A stretch of 64,000 nt of DNA from Candidatus Elulimicrobium sp. (GCA_020720815.1 DYNY01000002.1:5980-69979), one strand, 5' to 3'; numbered from the stretch's first letter, positions 49,899 to 58,279 are shown. Notes: generated by a model not told the origin, from the sequence alone. Made by a program: numbers and translations.

Positions 49899-50171
49899 AT
49901 GTCCTTTACACTCTTTTATAAAGGACATAATATATATGTAGGCCCAGAAAGGGCGAGCAGGTACCTCCAGAGTTCTCCCCTGAAACAACTTCAGAGAAGA
50001 ACCCTGGGGATACCCCTTAAAGAGATCTTTCAAAAAACAATTGAGTATTACCTCCAAAAAACTCAAATAAAAAACGTTCATAATAACCCCACCCACATAG
50101 AGAAGTCTCCTTACTCGCAGAGCTGGAATGAGAAGCAGAAAGCATCCACATTCCAACCGTACAGTAAGTGA
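49899..50171 (+). CDS. Possible hypothetical protein or gene remnant
   Basis: Open frame only; no recognised motif. Confidence 0.25.
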   Translation: MSFTLFYKGHNIYVGPERASRYLQSSPLKQLQRRTLGIPLKEIFQKTIEYYLQKTQIKNVHNNPTHIEKSPYSQSWNEKQKASTFQPYSK

Positions 50172-50490
50172 AATAGATTTCTCAAAAAGTACAACGTAGG
50201 GCTTTGGCTTTTGGTTAGCCCATGAGGCGCCATCTAGGGTTACATAACCCGCAAAAATATAAAGCTCGAACTAATCAAAAGGCCTGAGGGCATCGCCAGC
50301 GAATCTAATAGATTAGCTTACGATACCCCCAGGCCTTTTTTAAATGAGCAAATACCCGTAAGGGCATATTGCGAATTAATGCAGGCACCTCAGTAGATTT
50401 TACTTAGGGAGAATCTACTGGCGGTGAGTTGTACAATCGCTAAATTTAAGGTATTTTACCCTTAACTAACCTTGTTCCTTGGAGGATTAC

Positions 50491-50724
50491 ATGAAGCAAG
50501 ATTTTGATACTAGTGATTCACTTGAGGAAGTAGTTTACGATTTTGCTTTGGGTTTAGTTATTACACCTATCTTAACCTACCCTTTTACAACGTATATTTT
50601 CAGTGTGTGGTGGGAAAACCTGAGTCTTTGGGCAGGAGTTGCCTGGTTGGTCTGCCTTTGGCAAATTGTTACAGTTTGCTTGGTCCAGCCTGGTCGAGAG
50701 CGCCTAATGAGAAAGAGTAACTAA
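50491..50724 (+). CDS. Small two-TM membrane protein
   Basis: GGAGG SD; two hydrophobic segments; terminator 50747-50781. Confidence 0.6.
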   Translation: MKQDFDTSDSLEEVVYDFALGLVITPILTYPFTTYIFSVWWENLSLWAGVAWLVCLWQIVTVCLVQPGRERLMRKSN

Positions 50725-50797
50725 ATGCCACAAGGAAATTGCCATAAAAACCCCGACAAGGCTCTGCTCTTGGCGGGGTTTCGTTATATTTAGCCAC

Positions 50798-52270
50798 TTA
50801 ACCCACTTTATGTTCGCGGGCTATATTTTTAAGGGCGGCAGCTTCCTCCTCAGCTTGTTTTTCCTTTCCCGCTTCTGCCAGAGATAATAATTCATCTTCC
50901 GGCAGTTTCAGTAGCTCTAAAACCCTTGTTTCTAGGTACTTTTCAGTATTTTTCCCCGGCTCTATCAACACCTCTTCCAACAACGCATGCAGTATATATC
51001 CCAGCTTTTTCCCCGGCTTTTCCCCAGACATTTCCATTACTTTATCCCCATTAATCTTCAATAGCTTTACAGATATAGGGTCGCGCAAGGCTTCGTCGAC
51101 CATGGCTTTGTATTTACGGAAGCGGAAAGGCTGTTCTTTTGGTCGACCGGTACCGATGCGATCACAAACCCTTAAATTAAGGAGATTTTCAATCTGGCCT
51201 TTTCCTATTCGTACAATAGTGCGACGAACGGCTGCTAAGGTAATTTCATCTGGGTCTGAGAAAAACATATGCCAGCGCACCAGTCCCTCTACCCTTTCAA
51301 TAGTTTCGCGGGGCATTTTCAATCGTTCGAGAATCTTTTTAGTCATTTTTGCACCTACCACCTCATGTCCAAAGAAAGTATAAAGCTTGTTTTTGCCCCC
51401 AGTACGTCTGGTAGCTGGCTTACCAACATCGTGTAGTAACCCGGCTAGGCGAATTTCGGTTGAATGTCCTTTATCCGCTGCCGCTTGCAGGGTTCTTAAA
51501 TTATGTTCAAACACATCAAAATCATGAATACCCCCTTGCTCACAGCTGATTCCTTCTAGTAGCTCAGGTAAAATATACTCGAGTAAATCTAGTTTTTGAA
51601 GGAAAATGATCCCTTGCATAGGGGCGGATGAATCAATTAGGCGAATGAATTCGGTCGCGACACGCTCAATAGCAATCTTTTTTAATTGTGGGGCGTTTCT
51701 CACGATGCCTGCCATAGTTTCGGCATCAATAACGAAGTCGAGTTCAGCCGCTAGGCGCACCGCCCGCATCATCCGTAGGGCATCTTCGGCAAACCGTTCA
51801 TCCGGTATACCGACGGCCTTTAGGCGTTTTGCCTTCAGGTCTTCAATTCCACCATATAAATCGACAATTTTTTGGTCGGTAATCCGGAAAGCAATGGCGT
51901 TAACGGTAAAGTCTCGACGAGCGAGGTCTTCTTCTAGAGTAACACCGAAAGTAACGTTATCTGGACGTCTAGCATCGCTGTACCCGCTTTCGCTACGGTA
52001 GGGTGTTACTTCTACCACCTTTAGTCTTTCGTCAGTCTCTAATTCATTTTTAACCCCGACTGTGCCATATTCGTTATTACAGAAACTATCAGGAAATAAA
52101 GCTTGGATTTGCGCAGGATGGGCAGTCGTGGTGAAGTCCCAATCCTTAGGTGTTTTACCGAGCATGAGGTCACGCACACAACCACCGACTAGATACGCTT
52201 CAAAACCAGCTTTTTCTAGTATTTCATTAATGTTTCTTACTGTTAACGGGATAGAGTTGATATCAATCAT
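50798..52270 (-). CDS. cca: CCA tRNA nucleotidyltransferase with HD domain
   Basis: VGGCVRD, DWD, RRDFTVNA, EDALRMMR, LLHDVGK. Confidence 0.93.
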   Translation of the reverse strand: MIDINSIPLTVRNINEILEKAGFEAYLVGGCVRDLMLGKTPKDWDFTTTAHPAQIQALFPDSFCNNEYGTVGVKNELETDERLKVVEVTPYRSESGYSDARRPDNVTFGVTLEEDLARRDFTVNAIAFRITDQKIVDLYGGIEDLKAKRLKAVGIPDERFAEDALRMMRAVRLAAELDFVIDAETMAGIVRNAPQLKKIAIERVATEFIRLIDSSAPMQGIIFLQKLDLLEYILPELLEGISCEQGGIHDFDVFEHNLRTLQAAADKGHSTEIRLAGLLHDVGKPATRRTGGKNKLYTFFGHEVVGAKMTKKILERLKMPRETIERVEGLVRWHMFFSDPDEITLAAVRRTIVRIGKGQIENLLNLRVCDRIGTGRPKEQPFRFRKYKAMVDEALRDPISVKLLKINGDKVMEMSGEKPGKKLGYILHALLEEVLIEPGKNTEKYLETRVLELLKLPEDELLSLAEAGKEKQAEEEAAALKNIAREHKVG

Positions 52271-52346
52271 GTACCGATATTGTAGCAGAAAGTCGTTGCT
52301 TTTTCCTTTGTTACAGCGTATGATTTTCGACACAGCAAAGATATAG

Positions 52347-52418
52347 GCACCTGTAGTGAAATGGATATCATTTTTGACTTCGGATCAAACGTTCCAGGTT
52401 CGAGTCCTGGCAGGTGCA
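52347..52418 (+). tRNA. tRNA-Arg(UCG)
   Basis: GCACCTG/CAGGTGC acceptor stem; TTTGA-CTTCGGA-TCAAA anticodon arm; GGTTCGAGTCC T arm; CCA not encoded. Confidence 0.92.
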
Positions 52419-52567
52419 CCTAAAATACAAAATGCCGGCCTTGCGCTGGCATTTTGTATTTTAGGTCCAGGACTCGAAGCTGATGCGAGATATCTTTTCG
52501 AGCGAAGCGAAGGAAAGTATCCGCATCGGGTACTGAACATGTAAGGTTCGAGTCCTGGCAGGTGCAC
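52396..52567 (+). repeat. 24-bp direct repeat of the tRNA-Arg 3' end enclosing hairpins
   Basis: aggttcgagtcctggcaggtgcac at 52396-52419 and 52544-52567. Confidence 0.85.
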
Positions 52568-52663
52568 ATCGTAAATTACAAAAAGAGCCGGCGTTTTAGT
52601 GGTTCCTTGTATTTTAGTCTTTGTACAGGAGGTTGATTTATAGTGTGCTACTATTTATAGTAT

Positions 52664-53038
52664 ATGGCTAACACAGTCGTTCTTATTGTTGAAGATGATG
52701 AGAGTATTCTAGAACTTTATGCGACCGCTTTTATACAGATAGGAATCAAGGTCCTTAAAGCCAATAATGGTCTGAAGGGAGTGGAACTGGCGTTAAAGCA
52801 CCACCCAGACGCTATTTTAATGGATATTATGATGCCTATAATGCCTGGACATGAAGCAGTGAAGAAAATTCGTCTTGATCCCTGGGGTAAAGATGCCAAG
52901 GTAATTTTTCTTACTAATATGAGTGATGCCGAAAATGTTTTTCTGGCAGTGAAGCAAGGCAGTGAAGAGTATATTATTAAAGCCAATACTCCAGTGAAAG
53001 AAGTTGTAAACCAGACCAGAATGGCGATGCGAGCTTAG
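52664..53038 (+). CDS. Single-domain response regulator
   Basis: IVEDD, MDIMMP, FLTN, YIIK. Confidence 0.92.
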   Translation: MANTVVLIVEDDESILELYATAFIQIGIKVLKANNGLKGVELALKHHPDAILMDIMMPIMPGHEAVKKIRLDPWGKDAKVIFLTNMSDAENVFLAVKQGSEEYIIKANTPVKEVVNQTRMAMRA

Positions 53039-53122
53039 GCCTAACTTTCACTCTACAGCCAGTAGGATATATACGAAAACAGCTTGCCAGAAACAACCAA
53101 GCTGTTTTTTTGCAAGCTGTTG

Positions 53123-53452
53123 CTAAAAATTGATTCGAAATTCCCTTCCGTGGTCTGTAAATCCGATACGACGATACCAAGCCTGTACTTCTTTCCTGGT
53201 ACCATCATCCCGGCTGGTGGCTATAAGCTTGTAGCAGTGATTATTTCTTGCGTAGTCTATGACCGCTACAAGAATTTCTCTGGCAATCCCCTGTCCCCGG
53301 TATTTTTCTTCTACATTTACATCTTCAAGTAAGCCAAAAGGTTCTGGGTGAAGATCATTTCGTAGAAGGTAAAGAAAAGCCCGGCCTGCTTCTTTGCCGT
53401 CACGGGTAATGGAAAATCTAACTCCTACGCAAGGTACTTTAATGCAGTGCAT
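53123..53452 (-). CDS. GNAT N-acetyltransferase
   Basis: V.EKYRGQGIA acetyl-CoA motif, WY.RIGF; AGGAG SD. Confidence 0.88.
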   Translation of the reverse strand: MHCIKVPCVGVRFSITRDGKEAGRAFLYLLRNDLHPEPFGLLEDVNVEEKYRGQGIAREILVAVIDYARNNHCYKLIATSRDDGTRKEVQAWYRRIGFTDHGREFRINF

Positions 53453-53559
53453 GTTTAGCTCCTAGTTAGCCTATGTTTTAAAACCGATGTCTAAGCTTAG
53501 AAGTTGTTTATATGTCAAAATCGAACAGTTGACGTAGTATATAATATACGAATCTTTCT

Positions 53560-54240
53560 ATGGCAGATTCATCTGGTCACTACAAACAAGAAGCCTACGA
53601 GCAAGCAATTGCCTTTCGGAAGCGAGGTTTTACGTATACAGAGATTGCTAAGATTTGTGGCGTATCGGTCGGTACTGCCAGTACTTGGCTTAAGCCACTA
53701 CCGTTCTCATTTAAGATAACGGCCCAAAATAAAGCTAGAGCGGCACAGGATAATAAGAAACGCATGGTTTCAATCAACAAGGCGCGCACTGCCGAACGGG
53801 CGAAGCAATATGACCAGGTGGTACGAATGGCGGAGACTGAATATCAAAATTATCGGCATTCCCCTCTCTTTATAGCCGGTCTAATGCTTTATATTAGCGA
53901 GGGAGACAATGTTAGTACCAGGCTAATACGGCTATCTAGTAGTCGGCCGGAGTTACATAAAATTTTTATTAAATTTCTCTTAACCTACCTGGGAGTAGTT
54001 AAATCTTCGATTAAGTTTTGGCTACTCTTGTACCCAGATCTAGATGAAGTCACTTGTATGAAACATTGGAGTAAAAAAACAGGTATTTCAGTTGCCCAAT
54101 TTTATAAGAATCAATTTATAAACGGTCGTAGTACCAAACCAACGTTGCATTTTGGCGTTGGGAATACTATAATCGGCAATACTCTACTAAAACAGAAGCT
54201 CGCAAAATGGGTCGAACTACTGCATAAAGAGTTAAAATAA
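53560..54240 (+). CDS. HTH + LAGLIDADG-like domain protein
   Basis: RKRGFTYTEIAK..GVS.GT.S.W HTH; FIAGLMLYISEG resembles a LAGLIDADG helix. Confidence 0.7.
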   Translation: MADSSGHYKQEAYEQAIAFRKRGFTYTEIAKICGVSVGTASTWLKPLPFSFKITAQNKARAAQDNKKRMVSINKARTAERAKQYDQVVRMAETEYQNYRHSPLFIAGLMLYISEGDNVSTRLIRLSSSRPELHKIFIKFLLTYLGVVKSSIKFWLLLYPDLDEVTCMKHWSKKTGISVAQFYKNQFINGRSTKPTLHFGVGNTIIGNTLLKQKLAKWVELLHKELK

Positions 54241-54246
54241 TTAAAT

Positions 54247-54317
54247 GCGGCCATGGTTAAGTGGCATAACGAGTCCTTGCCAAGGATTAGTCGGGGTTTC
54301 GATTACCCCTGGCCGCA
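54247..54317 (+). tRNA. tRNA-Gly(GCC)
   Basis: GCGGCCA/TGGCCGC acceptor stem; AGTCC-TTGCCAA-GGATT anticodon arm; GGGGT-TTCGATT-ACCCC T arm. Confidence 0.9.
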
Positions 54318-54497
54318 CGAGTACAAAAATAGCACCCTTGGAGGTGCTATTTTTGTTCGTACGGCCAGAGTAAGTGCCTTGTGGCACTTACGTAGGTAAT
54401 CGAAAAAGCTTTTGAGGTGAATTATGAGTTCGTGAAATAATTCATCCAAAAGGTGTACAGCGACTGTAGGTCGGCGAATTTACCCCTGGCCGCACCA
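54303..54497 (+). repeat. 16-bp direct repeat of the tRNA-Gly 3' end enclosing hairpins
   Basis: ttacccctggccgcac at 54303-54318 and 54480-54495; the second copy continues into CCA. Confidence 0.8.
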
Positions 54498-54704
54498 ATA
54501 ATAAACAGTCACAACATACATTGTGACTGTAAAATTAGAAAAACTTTAAAGATAAATATTCACAATGCGGTAAAGTCAGGTCTAATATATAAGACATCCT
54601 GCACTGTCTTATATGGGGATAAGACAGTGCATAAGTGGATAAAGGACAACAAATTAATAACTAAATATTAGATTAGCCATATTTGCCAATAGATTATATA
54701 AATA

Positions 54705-55320
54705 TGTACCACGTGAAACATTTATTATTTGTTACACGTAGAACAAGTTGAAGTATGACTTTAATACGATGATATAATCTACTAGTGTTAGATTATCTTA
54801 GCGGTAACAGTAAATCTACAAATAAACAGATTGGATCTTGGGGTGAAACTATTGCTACTAATTATTTAAAAAGAAAGGGATATACGATTCTTGATCGTAA
54901 TTATCTTAAGAAATGGGGTGAGATTGACATAGTAGCACGTGGAACTAATGGAAAAATTCATTTTGTTGAAGTAAAGGCTGTTTCATATGAAACAAAACGA
55001 CATTTAAGCAATGCCGTTACACGTAGAACCTGGCGTCCTGAGGAAAATGTTCATTTTTTTAAGTTAAAAAAGCTAAATCGAGTTATAGAGTCTTGGCTAA
55101 TGGAAAAGAATTATACAAAGGAATGGCAAATTGATGTTATTGCAGTTAGGCTTGTTCCACGTGAAAAGTACGCCTCATTAAAGCTAATTCCTAACATTGT
55201 ATTGTGATTTTGTTATAATTTCATTTACTTTATTAAATTACTGGTTGAGTTTCATGTGTAACAAAAGATTATTTTATTTAATTAATCGAGTAAAGTAAAT
55301 AATGTATGCCACGTGAAACA
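54705..55320. promoter_or_regulatory. Cluster of 8 parS-like 16-mers
   Basis: Start positions 54705, 54730, 54931, 54979, 55015, 55153, 55248 and 55305; 2-5 mismatches to TGTTTCACGTGAAACA. Confidence 0.75.
54785..55207 (+). CDS. yraN: YraN (UPF0102) family nuclease
   Basis: G.WGE..A..YL...GY.IL.RN, GEIDIV, FVEVK, IDVIAV. Confidence 0.92.
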   Translation: MLDYLSGNSKSTNKQIGSWGETIATNYLKRKGYTILDRNYLKKWGEIDIVARGTNGKIHFVEVKAVSYETKRHLSNAVTRRTWRPEENVHFFKLKKLNRVIESWLMEKNYTKEWQIDVIAVRLVPREKYASLKLIPNIVL

Positions 55321-55440
55321 TAAATTTATAATAATGCATACAAAAATATAGGTTTTTTCTTAAATGTGTTTTTACAACTAATTCGTAATAATAAGTTATC
55401 TTACTTTGAGATAATCATTTTAATGATGTAATATTAAAAT

Positions 55441-55713
55441 ATGAATGAAGGATATATTAAGAAATTACAACCTGATAATGAATTAAGTAAAGGTAAAAAA
55501 TCAGCACAAACGATTTCTTTTGAAGCTATAGCAGGAACTGATAAATTAAGATTAACTATGTGTGATGGTGTGAATCATTGGTTTGAGGAGGAAGAGGTGA
55601 CAGAAGGTGTGACAGGAGGACTTGATTTATCAATTGACAAATTAGACGGAAAATTTAAGTGTGATTGTCCTGATAAAGATAATCGAAAAGATGCTTTTGG
55701 ACTTTTTAAATAA
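55441..55713 (+). CDS. Hypothetical protein
   Basis: 90 aa; C..H and CDC residues; TAATAT 6 nt before the ATG. Confidence 0.55.
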   Translation: MNEGYIKKLQPDNELSKGKKSAQTISFEAIAGTDKLRLTMCDGVNHWFEEEEVTEGVTGGLDLSIDKLDGKFKCDCPDKDNRKDAFGLFK

Positions 55714-55812
55714 GGATAATTAGTTTAAATGGGGAGTTGTAAAGTTTTAAGTTTACTTGAAGAGGTGAACATAATAATCTAATTCAATTAAGCCTTAATT
55801 TCTTCGCGATCA

Positions 55813-55849
55813 TTTAATAAAACTCAACTAAAAGTTGAGTTTTATTAAA
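55813..55849. terminator. Hairpin/terminator after tRNA-Pro
   Basis: tttaataaaactcaact-aaa-agttgagttttattaaa. Confidence 0.7.
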
Positions 55850-55853
55850 CATG

Positions 55854-55924
55854 TCGGGGAGCCGGGAATCGAACCCGGACCACTCGGTCCCAAACCGAGT
55901 ACACTACCACTATGCTACACCCCG
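55854..55924 (-). tRNA. tRNA-Pro(UGG)
   Basis: CGGGGTG...CTCGG-TTTGGGA-CCGAG...CCGGG-TTCGATT-CCCGG-CTCCCCG-A; one U:U pair in the acceptor stem. Confidence 0.92.
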
Positions 55925-56135
55925 ATGAGTGAGAGGAGTCAGAAGACTTTGTTCCGGGGTGTAAGGAGCACACGTTTTCTGACTTCCGAGCGAAGAAAGG
56001 GTGAAAGCTTTGCTTACAACCCTACTCGCTACTTATCTAAACCAGATGAACCGATTTAGTGCTCACGATAATAGCATATTGAGCGGAAAATGCGAGACCG
56101 TGTTTAGCTCATTATTAATGTATAATATAAACCTT

Positions 56136-56990
56136 ATGCCTGAAAGCTTTTCAAAAATAGAAATTAACTTTACATATAAAGAACGTGATTTTTATCAAAG
56201 ACTTGCTTCTCTACCACATGAAATTGCCGAACGATGGCGTGAAGAATATGAGAATTTGCCGGAAATAACAGATGATTTTTTCATTCGCTTTGACCAGTTT
56301 TGTATTTTTAGGAATCAAGCAATGGATAGTTCGCTTGAATTAGATGAAGAAATTAGTGATGAAATTAGACTTGAAATTGAGGGAGTTAAAAAAGTAGTTA
56401 GAGAAACTTTTGGCGACCCACAGCATTTTCTGGGTAATGGATACACCGCTGAGGTTTACGAATTACCGGTCGCTCCGCATTTGTGTGTAAAGTATATTCA
56501 TAATCAAGAAGCTTATAACGAAAATAATCATATTCGCGTGGAGCATAATTTTCTAGCGGAACTAAGAAAATTTACTGTAGAAGGAGTGCGAAGTCCGCTT
56601 CCTTACTTTGTTCGTATACACCCGAGTGAGGGTCACTCATATGGTATGGAAAAAATTAATGGTAAAAACTTGTCTCAAATACTAGAACGCCAGTCTGATA
56701 ATATTGAACTAATAGCAATGCTTAAGACACTAGACAGAGAAACTGTAAAGAAAAATTTGTTGGCCTACGTTACTTCACTGCATGATACATGTAAAATTAC
56801 ACACGGAGATCTATTCCAGCGGAATATCATGGTAGATGAAGAAGGAAAATTTTACATTATTGATTTCGGTAAAGCTAAACGAGAGGAAATTGGGGAAGAT
56901 CACGAAGGGCGCCGCAAAATAGACATTGCTACATTAACTTCTGAGATAGGGGTTTTCTTTAATGCTATTGACAAACTAGATATAGTTTGA
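56136..56990 (+). CDS. Protein kinase-like (Ser/Thr or RIO/Kdo-like) protein
   Basis: LGNGYTAEVY, CVK, HGDL..RNIM, IIDFG. Confidence 0.85.
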   Translation: MPESFSKIEINFTYKERDFYQRLASLPHEIAERWREEYENLPEITDDFFIRFDQFCIFRNQAMDSSLELDEEISDEIRLEIEGVKKVVRETFGDPQHFLGNGYTAEVYELPVAPHLCVKYIHNQEAYNENNHIRVEHNFLAELRKFTVEGVRSPLPYFVRIHPSEGHSYGMEKINGKNLSQILERQSDNIELIAMLKTLDRETVKKNLLAYVTSLHDTCKITHGDLFQRNIMVDEEGKFYIIDFGKAKREEIGEDHEGRRKIDIATLTSEIGVFFNAIDKLDIV

Positions 56991-57024
56991 TATAAATAAG
57001 TTTGATTCGTAACAAGGAATAGAC

Positions 57025-57219
57025 ATGGAAATTTCCAAACATATCACAGAGGAGGCAAAGAACCTGTTGCAAGCAGACGCTTCGCTGACTCTGCCGATTC
57101 AGCTGTCGTCGGCGCCGGAATTCTATTTGGCAAAAGGTGATGATGCAACCATCACTGCCTTCACCGCCATCATTCACTCCGGCGCTGAATACAAAATTGG
57201 CACAAAGAAGGCCAATTAA
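57025..57219 (+). CDS. Small hypothetical protein
   Basis: AAGGA SD; hairpin after the stop. Confidence 0.55.
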   Translation: MEISKHITEEAKNLLQADASLTLPIQLSSAPEFYLAKGDDATITAFTAIIHSGAEYKIGTKKAN

Positions 57220-57316
57220 TACGTCGCTTTTTCACTTTAGCTCTCCTGCGGGAGAGCTTTGTTATTAAGTCGTAAATATTTCCCAAATTCACTTAAGTAG
57301 GGCACAATAGTCGGCG

Positions 57317-58240
57317 ATGATTCATCATTATTTTAGAAGAACTGTAGAGGGAGCTATGACTGAGGCTGATGATGCAACTTCTGGAGGATGGACTCATGTT
57401 GTGGGACCTTCGCCAGAGGAGTTTTTTAATGTCATAGAGAAGTATAATCTTGAAAATACTATCGTTGAGGATATAAAAGACTTTTTTGAGGTGCCTCGAT
57501 TTGAAATTGAAGGCTCTAATGCATACTTTTTTACCCGGTACCCGTATGATGTAAAAGATCACGATATAGACACGGCTCCGATTTTGTTTATCTTGAACGA
57601 AAATTCAATTATTACTATTGCTGAACAAGAGGTGCCATTTTTAGACGCTTTTGCGGAAGGTAAGCGAGAATTTACTACCACCGAGAAGACAGGGCTATTT
57701 TTGGAATTTTTAACTGAATTAATGGTGGCCTATGAGCGTAAACTGACTCGTATTAGAAAAATGGTGTATAAAGATATGGGGCGGGTGCGTAGTATTAAAG
57801 GGAAGGATTTACAACGTTTGGTATTTATTGAACAGGAGTTAAATGAGGTTATTTCTGCTTTGGTCCCGACTAACGTTTGGGTTAACCAGCTAGCTAAAGG
57901 TAACCGCATTAAGTTTCTGGAAGATGACCGAGAGTTGCTAGAGGACTTGCTCATTGAGTGTGGTCAGTTGATTGATTCGGCTAAGTCAATCCTAAAAACC
58001 ATTCAAAACATTCGTGGTGCTACTGAAGCGATTTTGACCCAGGGTCTTAATAGCACCCTTCGTACCCTTACGGCTGTCACTATCGTCCTTACTATACCAA
58101 CATTAGTTTCTTCACTTTTTGGAATGAACGTACCTAACCCATTGGAGAGTTACCCACAAGCATTTTGGATAGTAGTGGCAATGATTATGTTGGCGGTAGC
58201 ATTTACTGTGTACTTTTTTAATAAAAATCGCTGGATGTAG
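57317..58240 (+). CDS. corA: CorA family Mg2+ transporter
   Basis: FGMN motif between two C-terminal TMs; ends KNRW. Confidence 0.93.
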   Translation: MIHHYFRRTVEGAMTEADDATSGGWTHVVGPSPEEFFNVIEKYNLENTIVEDIKDFFEVPRFEIEGSNAYFFTRYPYDVKDHDIDTAPILFILNENSIITIAEQEVPFLDAFAEGKREFTTTEKTGLFLEFLTELMVAYERKLTRIRKMVYKDMGRVRSIKGKDLQRLVFIEQELNEVISALVPTNVWVNQLAKGNRIKFLEDDRELLEDLLIECGQLIDSAKSILKTIQNIRGATEAILTQGLNSTLRTLTAVTIVLTIPTLVSSLFGMNVPNPLESYPQAFWIVVAMIMLAVAFTVYFFNKNRWM

Positions 58241-58279
58241 GGTGGTAAAAGTGAATCAGGGTTGTGATATTATTTTGGG

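Noticed and set aside
54600..54645. DnaA-box-like 9-mers near the parS cluster as a second origin
   Set aside because: All are mismatched and mostly part of the tgcactgtcttat/ataagacagtgca palindrome; better boxes flank dnaA
52356..56059. Short ORFs overlapping tRNAs (52356-52544, 52385-52567, 55835-56059) and 54453-54671
   Set aside because: They overlap tRNA genes or their repeat elements and carry no coding signals
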